64,000 nt of DNA from an uncultured Trueperaceae bacterium (GCA_963815215.1 CAWFFU010000011.1:160001-224000), one strand, 5' to 3'. Counted from the stretch's first letter, positions 39,993 through 50,798 are shown. Numbers and translations are program-made. The notes: a model not told the origin generated them from the sequence alone.

Positions 39993-41231
39993 GTGAACCA
40001 ATACGAACGGGTGGATGAAGGCGTTAGCGCTCACGGCGGCCAAATCCTGAAGCATGTCCAGGACCCGAAGCGCTGGCTGGTCAAGGTGTTCATCGGGCGG
40101 GATGCCAAAGGCCGGAAGAAGTATGCCTCGAAAGTAGTTCACGGAACGAAGCGCGAGGCGCGGGCGGTGCTGATCGAGTTGCAGCAGCAGAAGCATCATG
40201 GCCGGCTGGCACCGCGCGGGGCCACCCGTCTCGCCGACCTCGTGGAGGAGTGGGAGCAGCACAAGGCCCGCGACGTCTCGCCGCGCACGCTCAAGGGCTA
40301 TGTCGACGCCCTCCACTGGTACGTGCTTCCCACCCTCGGTCGCCGCCGCTTGCAGGACATCAGCCTTCGTGAGATCGACGCGCTCTATGGGGACATGGCC
40401 GCCGGCACCTTGCCGCCTCCCGAGGCCAACGAGGAAGGCCGTATCGAGGGGTGGCAGGGTGGCGCGCTGAGCGCCCGGACCATCCGGCTTACCCACGTCG
40501 CGCTTTCCCAGGCACTCAAGCAAGCGGTCAAGTGGGGGCTCATCGCATTCAACCCGGCCGCCGAGGCGACGCTGCCGACCAACAAGCCAAAGGAAATGCG
40601 ACCCCTGACGCTGACCGAGCGTGAAGCCTTCATCGCCGCCAGCCAGGGCAGCTTCCACCACCCGCTGTTCCTCACGTTGCTAGGTACGGGTCTGCGCCCC
40701 GGAGAAGCCTGCGGCTTGATGTGGTCCGATCTGGACTTCGCCAACGAACGCATCCACGTTCGGCGCGCTGTTACCCGGGGCGCAGACGGCCAGCGCATGA
40801 CCGCTCACCCGAAGACCTCCAAGAGCCGCCGCGCCCTACCGATGTTCGACCTGCGCGACCCGCTGCTAGCCCACCACGCGTGGCAGACCGAGCGCGGCCT
40901 CGATGCCGGCGGCTACGTCTTCACCAACCAGGACGGCGGCATGCTGGCGCCGTGGGCCTTCAACAAGCGCGAGCTCCTACGCATCGGGACGGCCGCAGGC
41001 ATCGACTTCCCCATCACCCCCTACACCTTCCGGCACACCTTCGCGACCGTTCATCTGCAGCTCGGTACCCCTCTGAAGGTCGTGAGCGAGTGGCTCGGCC
41101 ACTCCACCATCCAGCAGACGGCCAACACCTATCAGCATGTCTCCGACGAGATCGCGACCGATTACGCGGAGCGCTACCTTCAGCGCCTCACGGAAGCCAC
41201 GCAATCAGGGGCCAAGACCGCACCAAATTGA
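39993..41231 (+). CDS. int: tyrosine integrase of the island
   Basis: TGLRPGEACGL, PKTSKSRR, YTFRHT, WLGHS, TY; N-terminal arm-binding region; adjacent to tRNA-Arg. Confidence 0.95.
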   Translation: MNQYERVDEGVSAHGGQILKHVQDPKRWLVKVFIGRDAKGRKKYASKVVHGTKREARAVLIELQQQKHHGRLAPRGATRLADLVEEWEQHKARDVSPRTLKGYVDALHWYVLPTLGRRRLQDISLREIDALYGDMAAGTLPPPEANEEGRIEGWQGGALSARTIRLTHVALSQALKQAVKWGLIAFNPAAEATLPTNKPKEMRPLTLTEREAFIAASQGSFHHPLFLTLLGTGLRPGEACGLMWSDLDFANERIHVRRAVTRGADGQRMTAHPKTSKSRRALPMFDLRDPLLAHHAWQTERGLDAGGYVFTNQDGGMLAPWAFNKRELLRIGTAAGIDFPITPYTFRHTFATVHLQLGTPLKVVSEWLGHSTIQQTANTYQHVSDEIATDYAERYLQRLTEATQSGAKTAPN

Positions 41232-41259
41232 GCGACACAACACTGACACAATATGGCAA

Positions 41260-41292
41260 GAGAAGCGGCCCCGGATTCCGGGGCCGCTCTCT
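41260..41292. terminator. hairpin between int and the tRNA-Arg 3' end
   Basis: AGCGGCCCCGGA...TCCGGGGCCGCT inverted repeat. Confidence 0.65.
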
Positions 41293-41321
41293 CGTTCTCG
41301 CCGTCTCTGACGGCCTTTCTG

Positions 41322-41398
<77 letters not shown>

Positions 41399-41423
41399 GC
41401 GCGTTGTGAACGCGGGAGCTGCT

Positions 41424-41516
41424 TGGCGGAGAGGGAGGGATTCGAACCCTCGATGGAGGTTTTGCCCCCATACTCCCTTAGCAGGGGAGCGCCTTCAGCC
41501 GCTCGGCCACCTCTCC
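41424..41516 (-). tRNA. tRNA-Ser(GCT)
   Basis: Cloverleaf with CT-GCT-AA loop, long variable arm, G73-CCA. Confidence 0.97.
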
Positions 41517-41539
41517 CGACTGTACTCCGACCGGACGCT

Positions 41540-41629
41540 TGGCGGAGGGTGAGGGATTCGAACCCCCGGACGGGTCGCCCCGTCAACGGTTTTCAAGACC
41601 GCCGCTTTCGACCACTCAGCCAACCCTCC
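41540..41629 (-). tRNA. tRNA-Ser(TGA)
   Basis: Cloverleaf with CT-TGA-AA loop, long variable arm, G73-CCA. Confidence 0.97.
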
Positions 41630-41713
41630 GGTCAGCGGCAGCTCACGGCCGAACCCTCCGAATGGTGCCGCCACGGCAACCCTTCGGGACCGGCCATCCG
41701 GTCAGCGTCGGGT

Positions 41714-41743
41714 AGTATACCCAGCCATCTTTCCCGGTGTCAA
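41714..41743 (-). promoter_or_regulatory. sigma70 promoter of the tRNA operon
   Basis: TTGACA-18 nt-TATACT on the minus strand. Confidence 0.8.
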
Positions 41744-42504
41744 CGCTCTTCCTCGCGCTCACCGAGCCGCTCCGGCGGCTGTTCGGCGGCCCACATCACC
41801 TGGCTCACCAGACCCCGCAAGGTCGCCACCTCGCGCGATGTGAGCGCCAACCGATCGAACATCCCACGGTAGACACGCATGATCGCCCGCTCACGTTGGG
41901 CGTCGGTGTAGCCGATGTAGTGGAACGCCTCGACGAGCTGACCGTAGAACCGCTCGAGCTGCTCGCGCGGCGCCCGCTCCGCGGTGGACGGCACCGCCGG
42001 ACCCCGCACCGGCTCCCCTGCCGTTGCGGCGGGGCCCTGGCGCGCGAGCCGTACCTCGTACGCCACCAGCAGCACCGCCTGCGCCAGGTTGAGCGAGGCG
42101 TACTCGGCCGTCGGGATCGACACGTAGCCCTGGCACAGATTCAGTTCCTCGTTGCTCAGGCCGTGATCCTCGGGGCCGAACAGCACTGCCACTCCATCGT
42201 CGAGCAGCATCGGCGCCGCCTGGCGCGGGGGCCAGGTGGGGAGCGTGTCGGTGCCGCGTCGCCGCGCGCTGGTGCCGAGGACGAAGCGGCGGTCGGCGAT
42301 GGCCTCTTCCACCGTGTCCACCACCCGCGCCGCCGCGAGCACGTCTCCGGCATGCGACGCCAGCGCGCGGGCGCGGTCGTCGATCCTGCACCGTGGCGCC
42401 ACCAGCACCAGCTCCTGCAGGCCGAAGTTCTTCATGGCGCGCGCGGCCGCGCCAACGTTGGCGGACTCCTTGCTACGGACCAGTACGATGCGGGGTTCTG
42501 CCAC
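41740..42504 (-). CDS. trmJ: TrmJ/LasT family SPOUT RNA methyltransferase
   Basis: NVGAAARAMKNFG, GTSAR, VLFGPEDHGLSNEEL, SLNLAQAV. Confidence 0.85.
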   Translation of the reverse strand: MAEPRIVLVRSKESANVGAAARAMKNFGLQELVLVAPRCRIDDRARALASHAGDVLAAARVVDTVEEAIADRRFVLGTSARRRGTDTLPTWPPRQAAPMLLDDGVAVLFGPEDHGLSNEELNLCQGYVSIPTAEYASLNLAQAVLLVAYEVRLARQGPAATAGEPVRGPAVPSTAERAPREQLERFYGQLVEAFHYIGYTDAQRERAIMRVYRGMFDRLALTSREVATLRGLVSQVMWAAEQPPERLGEREEER

Positions 42505-42624
42505 GACCCAAGCTACCAGGGGCGCGCCGGCCGCACCCTTCGGGCCCCCGGACCGGTATCCCGAGAAGCCGGGATTCGTCGTTGGGGACACGGTTACCCG
42601 CACCCCGCGTGCTAGCGTGTAGGC

Positions 42625-43209
42625 ATGACTCGCCGGTTGTTCTCCAAGCGCCCCGACGACCCGCGGCTTCCGCCCGGGCAGAGCCTCACCCAGGGCTTCC
42701 CGGTGCTGACGTACGGGCCCACCCCACGACTGGCGAAAGAGGACGCGACGCTCACCATCAGCGGCCTTGCGACGGCACGCACCTTCGGCTGGGACGACCT
42801 CATGGCGCTACCGCAGAGCGACGTTCGGCGCGACTTCCACTGCGTCACGCGCTGGTCGAAGTACGACGTCGGTTGGACGGGCGTCCTCACGCGCGACCTG
42901 ATCCAGCAACTGGAGGTCGATCCCACGGCCACTCACGTGATGTTGCGCTGCTACGGCGGCTACACCACCAACCTCGGCCTGGAAGACTTCCTCGCCGACG
43001 GCTGCCTCCTCGCCCACCGCCTGGAAGGCGAGGACATCCCGACCGAACACGGTGGGCCGCTGCGCGCCATCGTCCCCCATCTGTACGCCTGGAAGAGCGC
43101 CAAGTGGGTCTCCGAGCTGTACTTCATGAACCGGAACGAGCCCGGCTTCTGGGAGCGGAACGGTTACCACATGCGCGGCGAACCGTTCGCCGAGGAGCGC
43201 TTCAGCTGA
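42625..43209 (+). CDS. sulfite oxidase-like molybdopterin oxidoreductase
   Basis: RLPPGQ, DFHCVTRWS, EHGGPLR, YAWKSAKW, GFWERNGYH. Confidence 0.9.
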   Translation: MTRRLFSKRPDDPRLPPGQSLTQGFPVLTYGPTPRLAKEDATLTISGLATARTFGWDDLMALPQSDVRRDFHCVTRWSKYDVGWTGVLTRDLIQQLEVDPTATHVMLRCYGGYTTNLGLEDFLADGCLLAHRLEGEDIPTEHGGPLRAIVPHLYAWKSAKWVSELYFMNRNEPGFWERNGYHMRGEPFAEERFS

Positions 43210-43244
43210 CGTCGGGTCGGGCCCCGGACCCACCGACGCACGAA

Positions 43245-43279
43245 GAACGGGCGCCGTCCTCAGCGGACGGCGCCCGTTC
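43245..43279. terminator. hairpin between convergent genes
   Basis: GAACGGGCGCCGTCC...GGACGGCGCCCGTTC. Confidence 0.65.
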
Positions 43280-43301
43280 AAGAGCCTCGCGTTCAGGGGC
43301 C

Positions 43302-43583
43302 TCAGGAGCTCAGGCGGGCTTCCTTGATCGCACTGAGGTGACGCGCCAGGCGCGCCTTCTTGCGCGCGGCGGTGTTCTTGTGGATCGTGGACACCTTGAT
43401 GGCCTTGTCGACCAGGCTCTGCACGACCTTCTGGTACTTGGCCGCGGCATCGAAGTCGCCGGACTCGGCCGCCGCCACCGCCTTCTTGGTGAAGGTGCGG
43501 ATGGTGCTCTTGCGCGCCCGGTTGGCGAGGCGGGCCTTCTCGGATTGGCGATGGTACTTCATCGCGGACGGGTTCCTGGCCAT
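43302..43583 (-). CDS. rpsT: 30S ribosomal protein S20
   Basis: SAMKYHRQSEKARLANRARKSTIRT...IHKNTAARKKARL. Confidence 0.95.
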   Translation of the reverse strand: MARNPSAMKYHRQSEKARLANRARKSTIRTFTKKAVAAAESGDFDAAAKYQKVVQSLVDKAIKVSTIHKNTAARKKARLARHLSAIKEARLSS

Positions 43584-43837
43584 GGTTCTCCTTCGAGTCT
43601 CTCCAGGCGCGCCTTCGCAGGCACGCGGACGTTATCACGACGAACGGTCCGGTACGGGACCGGCAGCCTTTGAATGCTAGCACGGCGCGGCGTCCATGGC
43701 AACGGGCCGGGCGGCGTCCCCCCCGAGTGACGTGTCGCTGCAGACGCTGTCCACGCCCCCGACAGCGTAGACTGCCGAAGCTATGTCCGCTCGGTCTTGA
43801 GGTCCTCTCGGCCGGTGGTTAGCCAGAAGGGATCCCT

Positions 43838-45316
43838 TTGAGTTTCGAACCGTACAACCTCGATGCCCGCATCCAGTCGGGCATCCGAGCGGCGGGCTAC
43901 GTCAGCCCGACCCCGATCCAGGAGCGCGCGCTACCGCCTGCGCTCGAGGGACGGGACGTGCTGGGCCTCGCCCAGACCGGCACCGGCAAGACCGCCGGCT
44001 TCGTCCTCCCCATCCTCCAGCGCTTGCTGAGCGGCCCCCGCGGCCGCATCCGGGCGCTGATCGTTGCGCCCACCCGCGAGTTGGCGGAGCAGATCCACGG
44101 CGAGATCACCAAGCTCGGTCGCCAGACCGGTCTTCGCAGTGCCACCGTCTACGGCGGCGTCGGCTTCGCCCAGCAGGAGGCAGCGCTGCGCGGCCGCGCG
44201 GAGATCATCGTGGTGTGCCCCGGCCGTTTCCTCGACCATCTGGGGCGCGGCAACGCCGACCTCCGGGCGCTCGAGGTCGTGGTGCTCGACGAGGCCGACC
44301 ACCTGCTGGACATGGGCTTCCTGCCCGACGTCCGGCGCATCCTGGCGAAGGTCCCGGACGACGCTCAGCGCATGCTCTTCTCCGCCACCATGCCGTCGGA
44401 GTTGGGCGGCCTGGTCGAGGAGATGCTGGACGACCCCGTGACCGTCGAGGTCGACCGGCGCGAGCCCGCCAAGACCATCGATCAGGCCCTCTACCCGGTG
44501 CACGGCACCGAGAAGACCGACCTGCTCAGGCACTTCCTGAAGGAGCACGACCCGCGCTCGACGCTGGTGTTCACGCGCACGAAGCACCGCGCCAAGAAGC
44601 TGGCGGCGCAGCTCGACCGCGAGAACCACTTCGTCACCGCGATCCAGGGCAACCTGTCGCAGAACAAGCGCCAGAAGGCGCTCGACGGCTTCCGCGACGG
44701 GCACTATCACATCCTCGTGGCGACCGATATCGCCGCCCGCGGGATCGACGTCTCGCGCGTCTCCCACGTGATCAACTACGACATGCCGGACACCGTCGAC
44801 GCGTACATCCATCGCATCGGCCGCACCGGCCGCATGGAACGCAGCGGCCAGGCGCTCACCTTCGTGACGCCGGAAGACGGCGCCATGGTGAAGGCGATCG
44901 AGCAGCGCCTGGGTCGGCGTATCGAGCGGGTCAGCATCGACGGCTTCGGTAAGGGCGCCGACATCTCGACCTCCGACCGGCCCGCCCAGCGCGCGCCCGG
45001 CAGGTCCTCACGAACCGGCAGCGGGCGGCAGCGCTCCAACGGCGCAGGTCGGAGCGGGGCTCCGGGTCGTTCCAACGGAGCGGGCCGTTCCAACGCAGCC
45101 GATCGGTCCACGAGTCGGTCCACGGACCGCTCCAACGACCCTGCGAGCACCAGCGGCGCGCAGCGCAGCACGCAGCCTGTCGACAGCGCCGGCGGGAGCG
45201 GCTCCAAGCCCGCGGCGAACGGCTCGCGCCGCCGTCGGCGGCGCGGCCGCGGCCGCTCGCGCGGCGGCACCGGGCAGGGCGCCTCGGCGCCCGAAGGGGG
45301 CGGCCGGGACCGCTAG
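43838..45316 (+). CDS. DEAD-box RNA helicase (RhlE-like)
   Basis: PTPIQ, AQTGTGKT, PTRELA, DEAD, SAT, HRIGRTGR; basic low-complexity tail. Confidence 0.93.
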   Translation: MSFEPYNLDARIQSGIRAAGYVSPTPIQERALPPALEGRDVLGLAQTGTGKTAGFVLPILQRLLSGPRGRIRALIVAPTRELAEQIHGEITKLGRQTGLRSATVYGGVGFAQQEAALRGRAEIIVVCPGRFLDHLGRGNADLRALEVVVLDEADHLLDMGFLPDVRRILAKVPDDAQRMLFSATMPSELGGLVEEMLDDPVTVEVDRREPAKTIDQALYPVHGTEKTDLLRHFLKEHDPRSTLVFTRTKHRAKKLAAQLDRENHFVTAIQGNLSQNKRQKALDGFRDGHYHILVATDIAARGIDVSRVSHVINYDMPDTVDAYIHRIGRTGRMERSGQALTFVTPEDGAMVKAIEQRLGRRIERVSIDGFGKGADISTSDRPAQRAPGRSSRTGSGRQRSNGAGRSGAPGRSNGAGRSNAADRSTSRSTDRSNDPASTSGAQRSTQPVDSAGGSGSKPAANGSRRRRRRGRGRSRGGTGQGASAPEGGGRDR

Positions 45317-45449
45317 ATCCTTACTTCGGCGCCGGACGGACGGTTCCGTCCGGCGCCGAGGCCCGTCGAGGGGACGGACGGCCCTATGGGGACCGCCCGA
45401 CAACGGACAAGATGGACGCGGTAGTCTGGGGTCGCTGGAGACGTACCGC

Positions 45450-46175
45450 ATGGAAGTGACGCGCCGGCAGGAGACCTTCATCCGCACCCTGGTCGACCTC
45501 TACCGGGAGCATGCCGAGCCCATCCACTACTCGCGTCTCGCCGAGCAGCTCGGGGTGAGCCCGTTCACGGCGTACGACATGTTGCGGCTGCTCGAGGAAC
45601 GTGGCTACGCCCGCTCCGAGTACTACCTCGACGAGGGCAAGCGCCAGCCGGGGCGTTCGACCATCGTGTTCACGCCGACCGCCAAGGCCCACGGCCTGAT
45701 GGCGGAACTCAGTGCCGACGTCCCCCCCGGTGACTGGGAGAGCGTCAAGGAGGCGCTGGTCGAGCGCCTCCGGAGCGGTAGCTTCCCCGATCCCGACCTG
45801 GTGGTAGGGGTCCTGGCGAGCGTTCCGCAGAGCGACACCCCAGTGCTGCGCTACTGCACCGAAGTCGCGACGGTGTTGATGCTCCGGCTGTGGCGGGCCG
45901 GACGCATCGACGACGCCCGTGGCTACCTCCGTGGCTTCCTGCGGCCGGCGAGCGGCGAGACCCGGCAGATGCTGCTCCTGCTCGTGGGCTTCGCCGCCGG
46001 CGTGCTGGCGGGTCCGTCCGCGGACGAGGCCGACGGCTTCGACGAGGTGCTGCAGCACGCGACCGGCTACCTGGGCTTCGTGAGCGCCATGCCGGACGAC
46101 GAGTGCGACCAGCTCGCGGTCAATCTCCAGGAAGCCCTGGGCCCGCTGCTGGACGCACCCGGCCCGAACACCTGA
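45450..46175 (+). CDS. winged-HTH transcriptional regulator
   Basis: PIHYSRLAEQLGVSPFTAYDMLRLLEERG. Confidence 0.7.
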   Translation: MEVTRRQETFIRTLVDLYREHAEPIHYSRLAEQLGVSPFTAYDMLRLLEERGYARSEYYLDEGKRQPGRSTIVFTPTAKAHGLMAELSADVPPGDWESVKEALVERLRSGSFPDPDLVVGVLASVPQSDTPVLRYCTEVATVLMLRLWRAGRIDDARGYLRGFLRPASGETRQMLLLLVGFAAGVLAGPSADEADGFDEVLQHATGYLGFVSAMPDDECDQLAVNLQEALGPLLDAPGPNT

Positions 46176-46493
46176 TCGTAGCTCCCGTCCGGGCACGCCG
46201 CCCGAGGGCGTTGTGCGCTCCCCTTCCCCTTCCGACCGTCCACTCCGCTGCATCGCCGGCCCCCCGCTCGGCCGGGCCTCGGGACAACTAGCCCTGGTCC
46301 GTCGGCGGGCGGCCCCGCTAGTATTGATTGGTTATTTTGGATTCTTGGGTCTTTGTGCCCCCAGGAGCGTGAGCAGCGTGGACACCCACGACGTACCCGT
46401 CCGGCCGCCGCGACGCCGGCCGCGGAGCCGCGCACGCGCCACCCCGGTACCGTCCCCGATCGCTCCCGACATCGGCCTCTCGGGAGGCCCCCA

Positions 46494-48773
46494 GTGATGA
46501 CCGCGCTGATGGACCGGATCGCCGACCTGGCCCTGAAGCGGGGCCGCGTTGTCATCGCCGTCTTCGCCGCGCTCACGCTCCTCGCCGGAGCGGGCCTGGT
46601 GCGGTTGCGGCTCGACAACTCCATCACCGCCATGTACCCCGACAACTCGACGGCGGCGGCGCTGCAGACCCAGGCCGAGAACACCTTCGGCGGCGGCAAG
46701 CTGCTCATCGCGGTGGTGGAAGGCGACATCTACTCGCCGAAGGGGCTCTCCGACCTCCACCGCCTCACCGCCTCGCTCACGGCCGTCGACGGCGTGCGCC
46801 GCGTCACCAGCGCGGCCAACGCCCGCGTCATGACGGACGACGACGGGTTGCTGCGCATCGACGCTCTGGTCGATCCCCAGCATCTCGGACCGGAGGACAT
46901 CGCGCGCATACGCGCCTTCCTGGCCACCTCCGACCTCTACGGCCACGAACGCTTCGTCAACCGGGCCGGCACGGCGGCCTCGATCGTGATGCAGATCGAC
47001 CCCGCGGCCGACGCGGGGCCCGTCCTGCGTTCCATCGACGGGGTGCTCGCCTCCGACTGGCCCGGCCCCGCCCATGTCGCGGGCAACGCCCTCGTCGAAG
47101 TCGAGATGGGCCGCACCGTGCGGCACGACTTCCCGGTGCTGGTGTCGTTGGCCGCCGTACTGATCCTCGCCATGCTCTTCCTCAACTTCCGCAGCGCCCA
47201 GGGCACGGTGCTGCCCCTGTTGACGGTCGTCCTCGGTCTGATCTGGTCGATGGGCGCCATGGGGTGGCTGGGGCAGGGCATCACCACCCTCAACATCGTC
47301 GGCCCGGTGGCCATCCTGGCCGTCGGCAGTTCGTTCTCGCTCCACCTGCTGGGCCGCTACTACTTCGACCTGGCGCACGGTCGCGGCAAGACCGACGCCA
47401 TCCGCCTGGCCGTCCGCGAGACCGGGCTCGGCGTGCTGATCTCGGGCGTGGCCATCACTGCGGCCATGTGCACGCTGTTCCTGTCGTCCATGCCCACCGT
47501 ACGTGTGCTGGCCCTGTTCACGGGCGGTGGCGTGTTCACCTCGCTGGTGGCATCGCTGCTACTCCTGCCCGCCATCCTCGCCCTGCTCCCGGCACCGAAG
47601 CACGTCCCCGACCCGGCTTCCCCGATGTTCCTGGAGCGCCTGTTGCGGCGTCTGGGTACCTTCGTCAGCCGCCGGCGTCGGGCGATCCTGGTCACCGGCG
47701 GGCTGCTGGCGGTGCTCGCCGCGGTCGGAGCGGCGCGCATCGTGCCAGACACCGCGGTGCTCTCCTACTTCGGCAAGAACTCCGCTGTGAGGCAGAGCTA
47801 CGACGTCGTCGAGCGGACCTTCGGCGGCTCGAGCCAGATCGAGGTGCTCGTTACCGGCGACCTCAACGACCCCGGCCTGCTCGCGGCGATGCTCGCCTTC
47901 GAGCGCGGGGTCGACGCGCTGCCGGCCATCGGCTCCAGCACCTCCATCGCCGACGTCATCCAGACCATCCACGGCACCCTCACCGGCCAGAGCGGGCTTC
48001 CGCGGACCCGCCAGGCGGTCGCCCAGGAGCTGCTCGTCTACCAGATGTCCGGCGACGTGAGCGACATCACCCAGTTCATGACCCTCGACGCCAGCCAGGG
48101 GATCGTCGAGATCACCACCAGCGCGCACTCCACGGCGGCGCTCCACCAGGTCTTCGGCGAGGTCCAGAGGATCGCGGCGGCCACCATCGGGAACCGCGCC
48201 GAGCTCGGCTACACCGGCCTGGCGCTCCTCCAGCTCGCCATCGAGAAGGCGTTGCTGCACGACTTCATCCTCAGCCTCACCCTCGCCATCGCCGTGGTCA
48301 TCGTCATCGACAGCCTGGTGCGCTCGCTCTCCGCCGCCCTGGTCACCATCCTGGCACTGCTGCTGACGATCGTGCTGCAGTACGGCGTTCTCGGGTTCCT
48401 CGGCATCCCACTCGACCTCGCCACCATGCTCCTCGGCGCGCTCGCCGTCGGCGTGGGCGACTACGCCATCCACCTGACGGTGCGCTACTTGGAGGAGCGC
48501 CGCCACAGCTCCAGCGCCGAGGCGGCCATGGAGGAGGCGCTGGCGACCTCAGGTCGCTCGATCCTGTTCACGGCCCTCACGCTCGGCGCCGGTTTCGCCT
48601 CGATGATCACCAGCAGTTTCATCCCGATCCGCACGCTCGGATCGCTCATGACGTTCACCGTCGCTTCCATCGGGATCGTGTCCCTCACGCTGCTCCCCGC
48701 TGCGTGCCTGGTCTTCCTCCGGGATCCACGGTCCCCCCGCTCCATCCACCGGGAGGTGTCGCACCGTGCCTAG
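46494..48773 (+). CDS. MMPL/RND family transporter
   Basis: Two repeats of TM + periplasmic loop + TM bundle; GVGDYAIHL motif. Confidence 0.88.
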   Translation: MMTALMDRIADLALKRGRVVIAVFAALTLLAGAGLVRLRLDNSITAMYPDNSTAAALQTQAENTFGGGKLLIAVVEGDIYSPKGLSDLHRLTASLTAVDGVRRVTSAANARVMTDDDGLLRIDALVDPQHLGPEDIARIRAFLATSDLYGHERFVNRAGTAASIVMQIDPAADAGPVLRSIDGVLASDWPGPAHVAGNALVEVEMGRTVRHDFPVLVSLAAVLILAMLFLNFRSAQGTVLPLLTVVLGLIWSMGAMGWLGQGITTLNIVGPVAILAVGSSFSLHLLGRYYFDLAHGRGKTDAIRLAVRETGLGVLISGVAITAAMCTLFLSSMPTVRVLALFTGGGVFTSLVASLLLLPAILALLPAPKHVPDPASPMFLERLLRRLGTFVSRRRRAILVTGGLLAVLAAVGAARIVPDTAVLSYFGKNSAVRQSYDVVERTFGGSSQIEVLVTGDLNDPGLLAAMLAFERGVDALPAIGSSTSIADVIQTIHGTLTGQSGLPRTRQAVAQELLVYQMSGDVSDITQFMTLDASQGIVEITTSAHSTAALHQVFGEVQRIAAATIGNRAELGYTGLALLQLAIEKALLHDFILSLTLAIAVVIVIDSLVRSLSAALVTILALLLTIVLQYGVLGFLGIPLDLATMLLGALAVGVGDYAIHLTVRYLEERRHSSSAEAAMEEALATSGRSILFTALTLGAGFASMITSSFIPIRTLGSLMTFTVASIGIVSLTLLPAACLVFLRDPRSPRSIHREVSHRA

Positions 48774-49536
48774 GCGCCCGTTGCTCTCGTTCTTCGCCGC
48801 GCTGGTCGTGATCGCGGGTCTTCCCTGCGCTCTCGCCCAGAAGTACAGCACCGCCGACCAGGTCATGGACGCCGTGGACGCGAGGCCGGTCCCGTCGGAC
48901 CTCGTCTCCACCATGACCATGACCGTCACCGCCAAGTCCGGCCAGAGCCTGACCCGCAGCATGGACATCTGGTCGGCCGGCGACGGCGACAGGCAGGTCA
49001 TCAAGTTCACCGCGCCGGCCGACATCAAGGGCTCGGGCTTCCTGTCGATCACGATGCCCGACGGCGCCACCCAGTCGATGATCTACCTGCCTGCCCTGGA
49101 CCGCACGCGGCGCATCGCCGGCAGCCAGAAGCAGGAAGCGTTCTTCGGCTCCGACTTCTCCTACGAGGACATCAGCGACCTGCAGAGCGGCACTCGCAAG
49201 AACTACGTCAACGAACTGCTGAAGGTCGAGCCCGGCCCGGTCTACGTGGTGCAGTCCACCCCCAAGGCCGACGCCGAGACCAGCTACGAGAAGCTCGTGC
49301 TCGAGATCCCCGAGGCCAGCCTGCTGCCGCGCCGCATCGAGTTCTACCGGAACGGCGCCCTGCTCAAGGTCATGACCATCAGCGAGACCGCGGAGGTGGG
49401 CGGCTACGTCCTCCCCAGCGAGCTGCGCATGGAGACCGTCGCCCGCGGCTCCTCCACGACCATCCGGCAGAGCGACTTCGCCGTGGAAGAGACCATCCCC
49501 GACGAGGTGTTCACCGAACGATTCCTGAGGAGGTGA
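48766..49536 (+). CDS. outer-membrane lipoprotein-sorting (LolA-like) protein
   Basis: PADIKGSGFL, YLPALDRTRRI, FFGSDFSYEDI, FTERFL. Confidence 0.85.
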   Translation: MPRRPLLSFFAALVVIAGLPCALAQKYSTADQVMDAVDARPVPSDLVSTMTMTVTAKSGQSLTRSMDIWSAGDGDRQVIKFTAPADIKGSGFLSITMPDGATQSMIYLPALDRTRRIAGSQKQEAFFGSDFSYEDISDLQSGTRKNYVNELLKVEPGPVYVVQSTPKADAETSYEKLVLEIPEASLLPRRIEFYRNGALLKVMTISETAEVGGYVLPSELRMETVARGSSTTIRQSDFAVEETIPDEVFTERFLRR

Positions 49537-50798
49537 GCATGCGTCGCACCCTGGGAATCCTCCTGCTCTTCGCCCTCATGGGCCAGACCGCCGCCCAGGT
49601 CACGTACCAGTTGGGAGGCGAGACCCGCACCACCTTCGGCGTCGCCATCGACGGCACGCTGCCGGTGGCGTCGGCCGGCCTGACCCTCCGCGTCAGCGGC
49701 GAAGTCGGCAGCGGAGTGCTGCCGGACGCCAGCTTCGAGGCCGAGCTCGTGGCCCGCTACGACGCCGCCACCGGCAGCGCCGACGTGCACCTCGGCAAGG
49801 CCTTCGCCACGGTCTACCTCGGCGACACCGACCTGATCGTGGGGCAGCAGATCGCCTTCTGGGGAACCACCGACGCCGTCAACCCCGAGGACGTCCTCAA
49901 CCCCCGCGACCTGACCTACCCGGTGGCCGACCCCTCCGAGCAGCGCATCCCCACGCCGATGATCCGCGCCGTCGTCCACGACCGGGCCGACGGGATCAAG
50001 CTCGACTTCGTGCTGGTGCCCGTGTTCCGCGCCTCCGAGCCACCCGCGACGCGCTGGCAACCTGCGGCCGCCGCCGGCGGTCCGCAACTCCCGGCGGGCG
50101 TCGTCATCGTGGGCCAGGCGTCAACCCTCGACCAGGTCCCGGCCGCGGAGCTCGGCAACGTCCAGTTCGGCGCCCGCGCCACGCTGGACCTCGGCGTCCT
50201 GAGCGGCGGCGAGGCCAGCCTGGCCTACGTCCACGGCATCCGCGCCACCCCCACCGTCAGCGCGCAGCTCGTGCCCACACAGACGCCGGGGCAGGTCCTG
50301 CTGCAACCGGTCCTGAGCTACGACCGCTACGATCTCGTGGGCGCCGATGCCTCCGTCGCCACCGACTGGGCGGTGTTCCGCAGCGAGGTCGCCTACACCT
50401 TCACCCACGACCCCGCCGGGACCGACCCCGCCATCGGCAACCCGGTCTTCCAGGCCGTCCTGGAGGTCGAGCACACCTTCGACAGCGGCGCCGTCGCCAC
50501 GCTCGAAGGCATCGTCGAGCACACCAACGCGGACCAGGGGCAGGACAACGCCGTCACCGCCGTCAGCGCGCTGGCGACCATCCACTACGAGGCCAGCGCG
50601 CGCCTGACCGCCGAGGCCGCCTGGTTGCACGACTTCAGCGACGGCAGCGGCATGCTCCGCCCGCGGATGACCTACACGTTCGCCGACGGCGTCCGTGGCG
50701 AGGCCGACCTCGCCGTGTTCTACGGTCGAGACGCCAGCCGCTACGGGGCCTGGCGGGACAACAGCCAGCTCAGGCTCAGCCTCGTCTACGCCTTCTGA
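49533..50798 (+). CDS. putative outer-membrane beta-barrel protein (DUF1302-like)
   Basis: Signal peptide; GQQIAFWGTTD..NP.D.LNP; C-terminal aromatic YAF. Confidence 0.7.
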   Translation: MSMRRTLGILLLFALMGQTAAQVTYQLGGETRTTFGVAIDGTLPVASAGLTLRVSGEVGSGVLPDASFEAELVARYDAATGSADVHLGKAFATVYLGDTDLIVGQQIAFWGTTDAVNPEDVLNPRDLTYPVADPSEQRIPTPMIRAVVHDRADGIKLDFVLVPVFRASEPPATRWQPAAAAGGPQLPAGVVIVGQASTLDQVPAAELGNVQFGARATLDLGVLSGGEASLAYVHGIRATPTVSAQLVPTQTPGQVLLQPVLSYDRYDLVGADASVATDWAVFRSEVAYTFTHDPAGTDPAIGNPVFQAVLEVEHTFDSGAVATLEGIVEHTNADQGQDNAVTAVSALATIHYEASARLTAEAAWLHDFSDGSGMLRPRMTYTFADGVRGEADLAVFYGRDASRYGAWRDNSQLRLSLVYAF

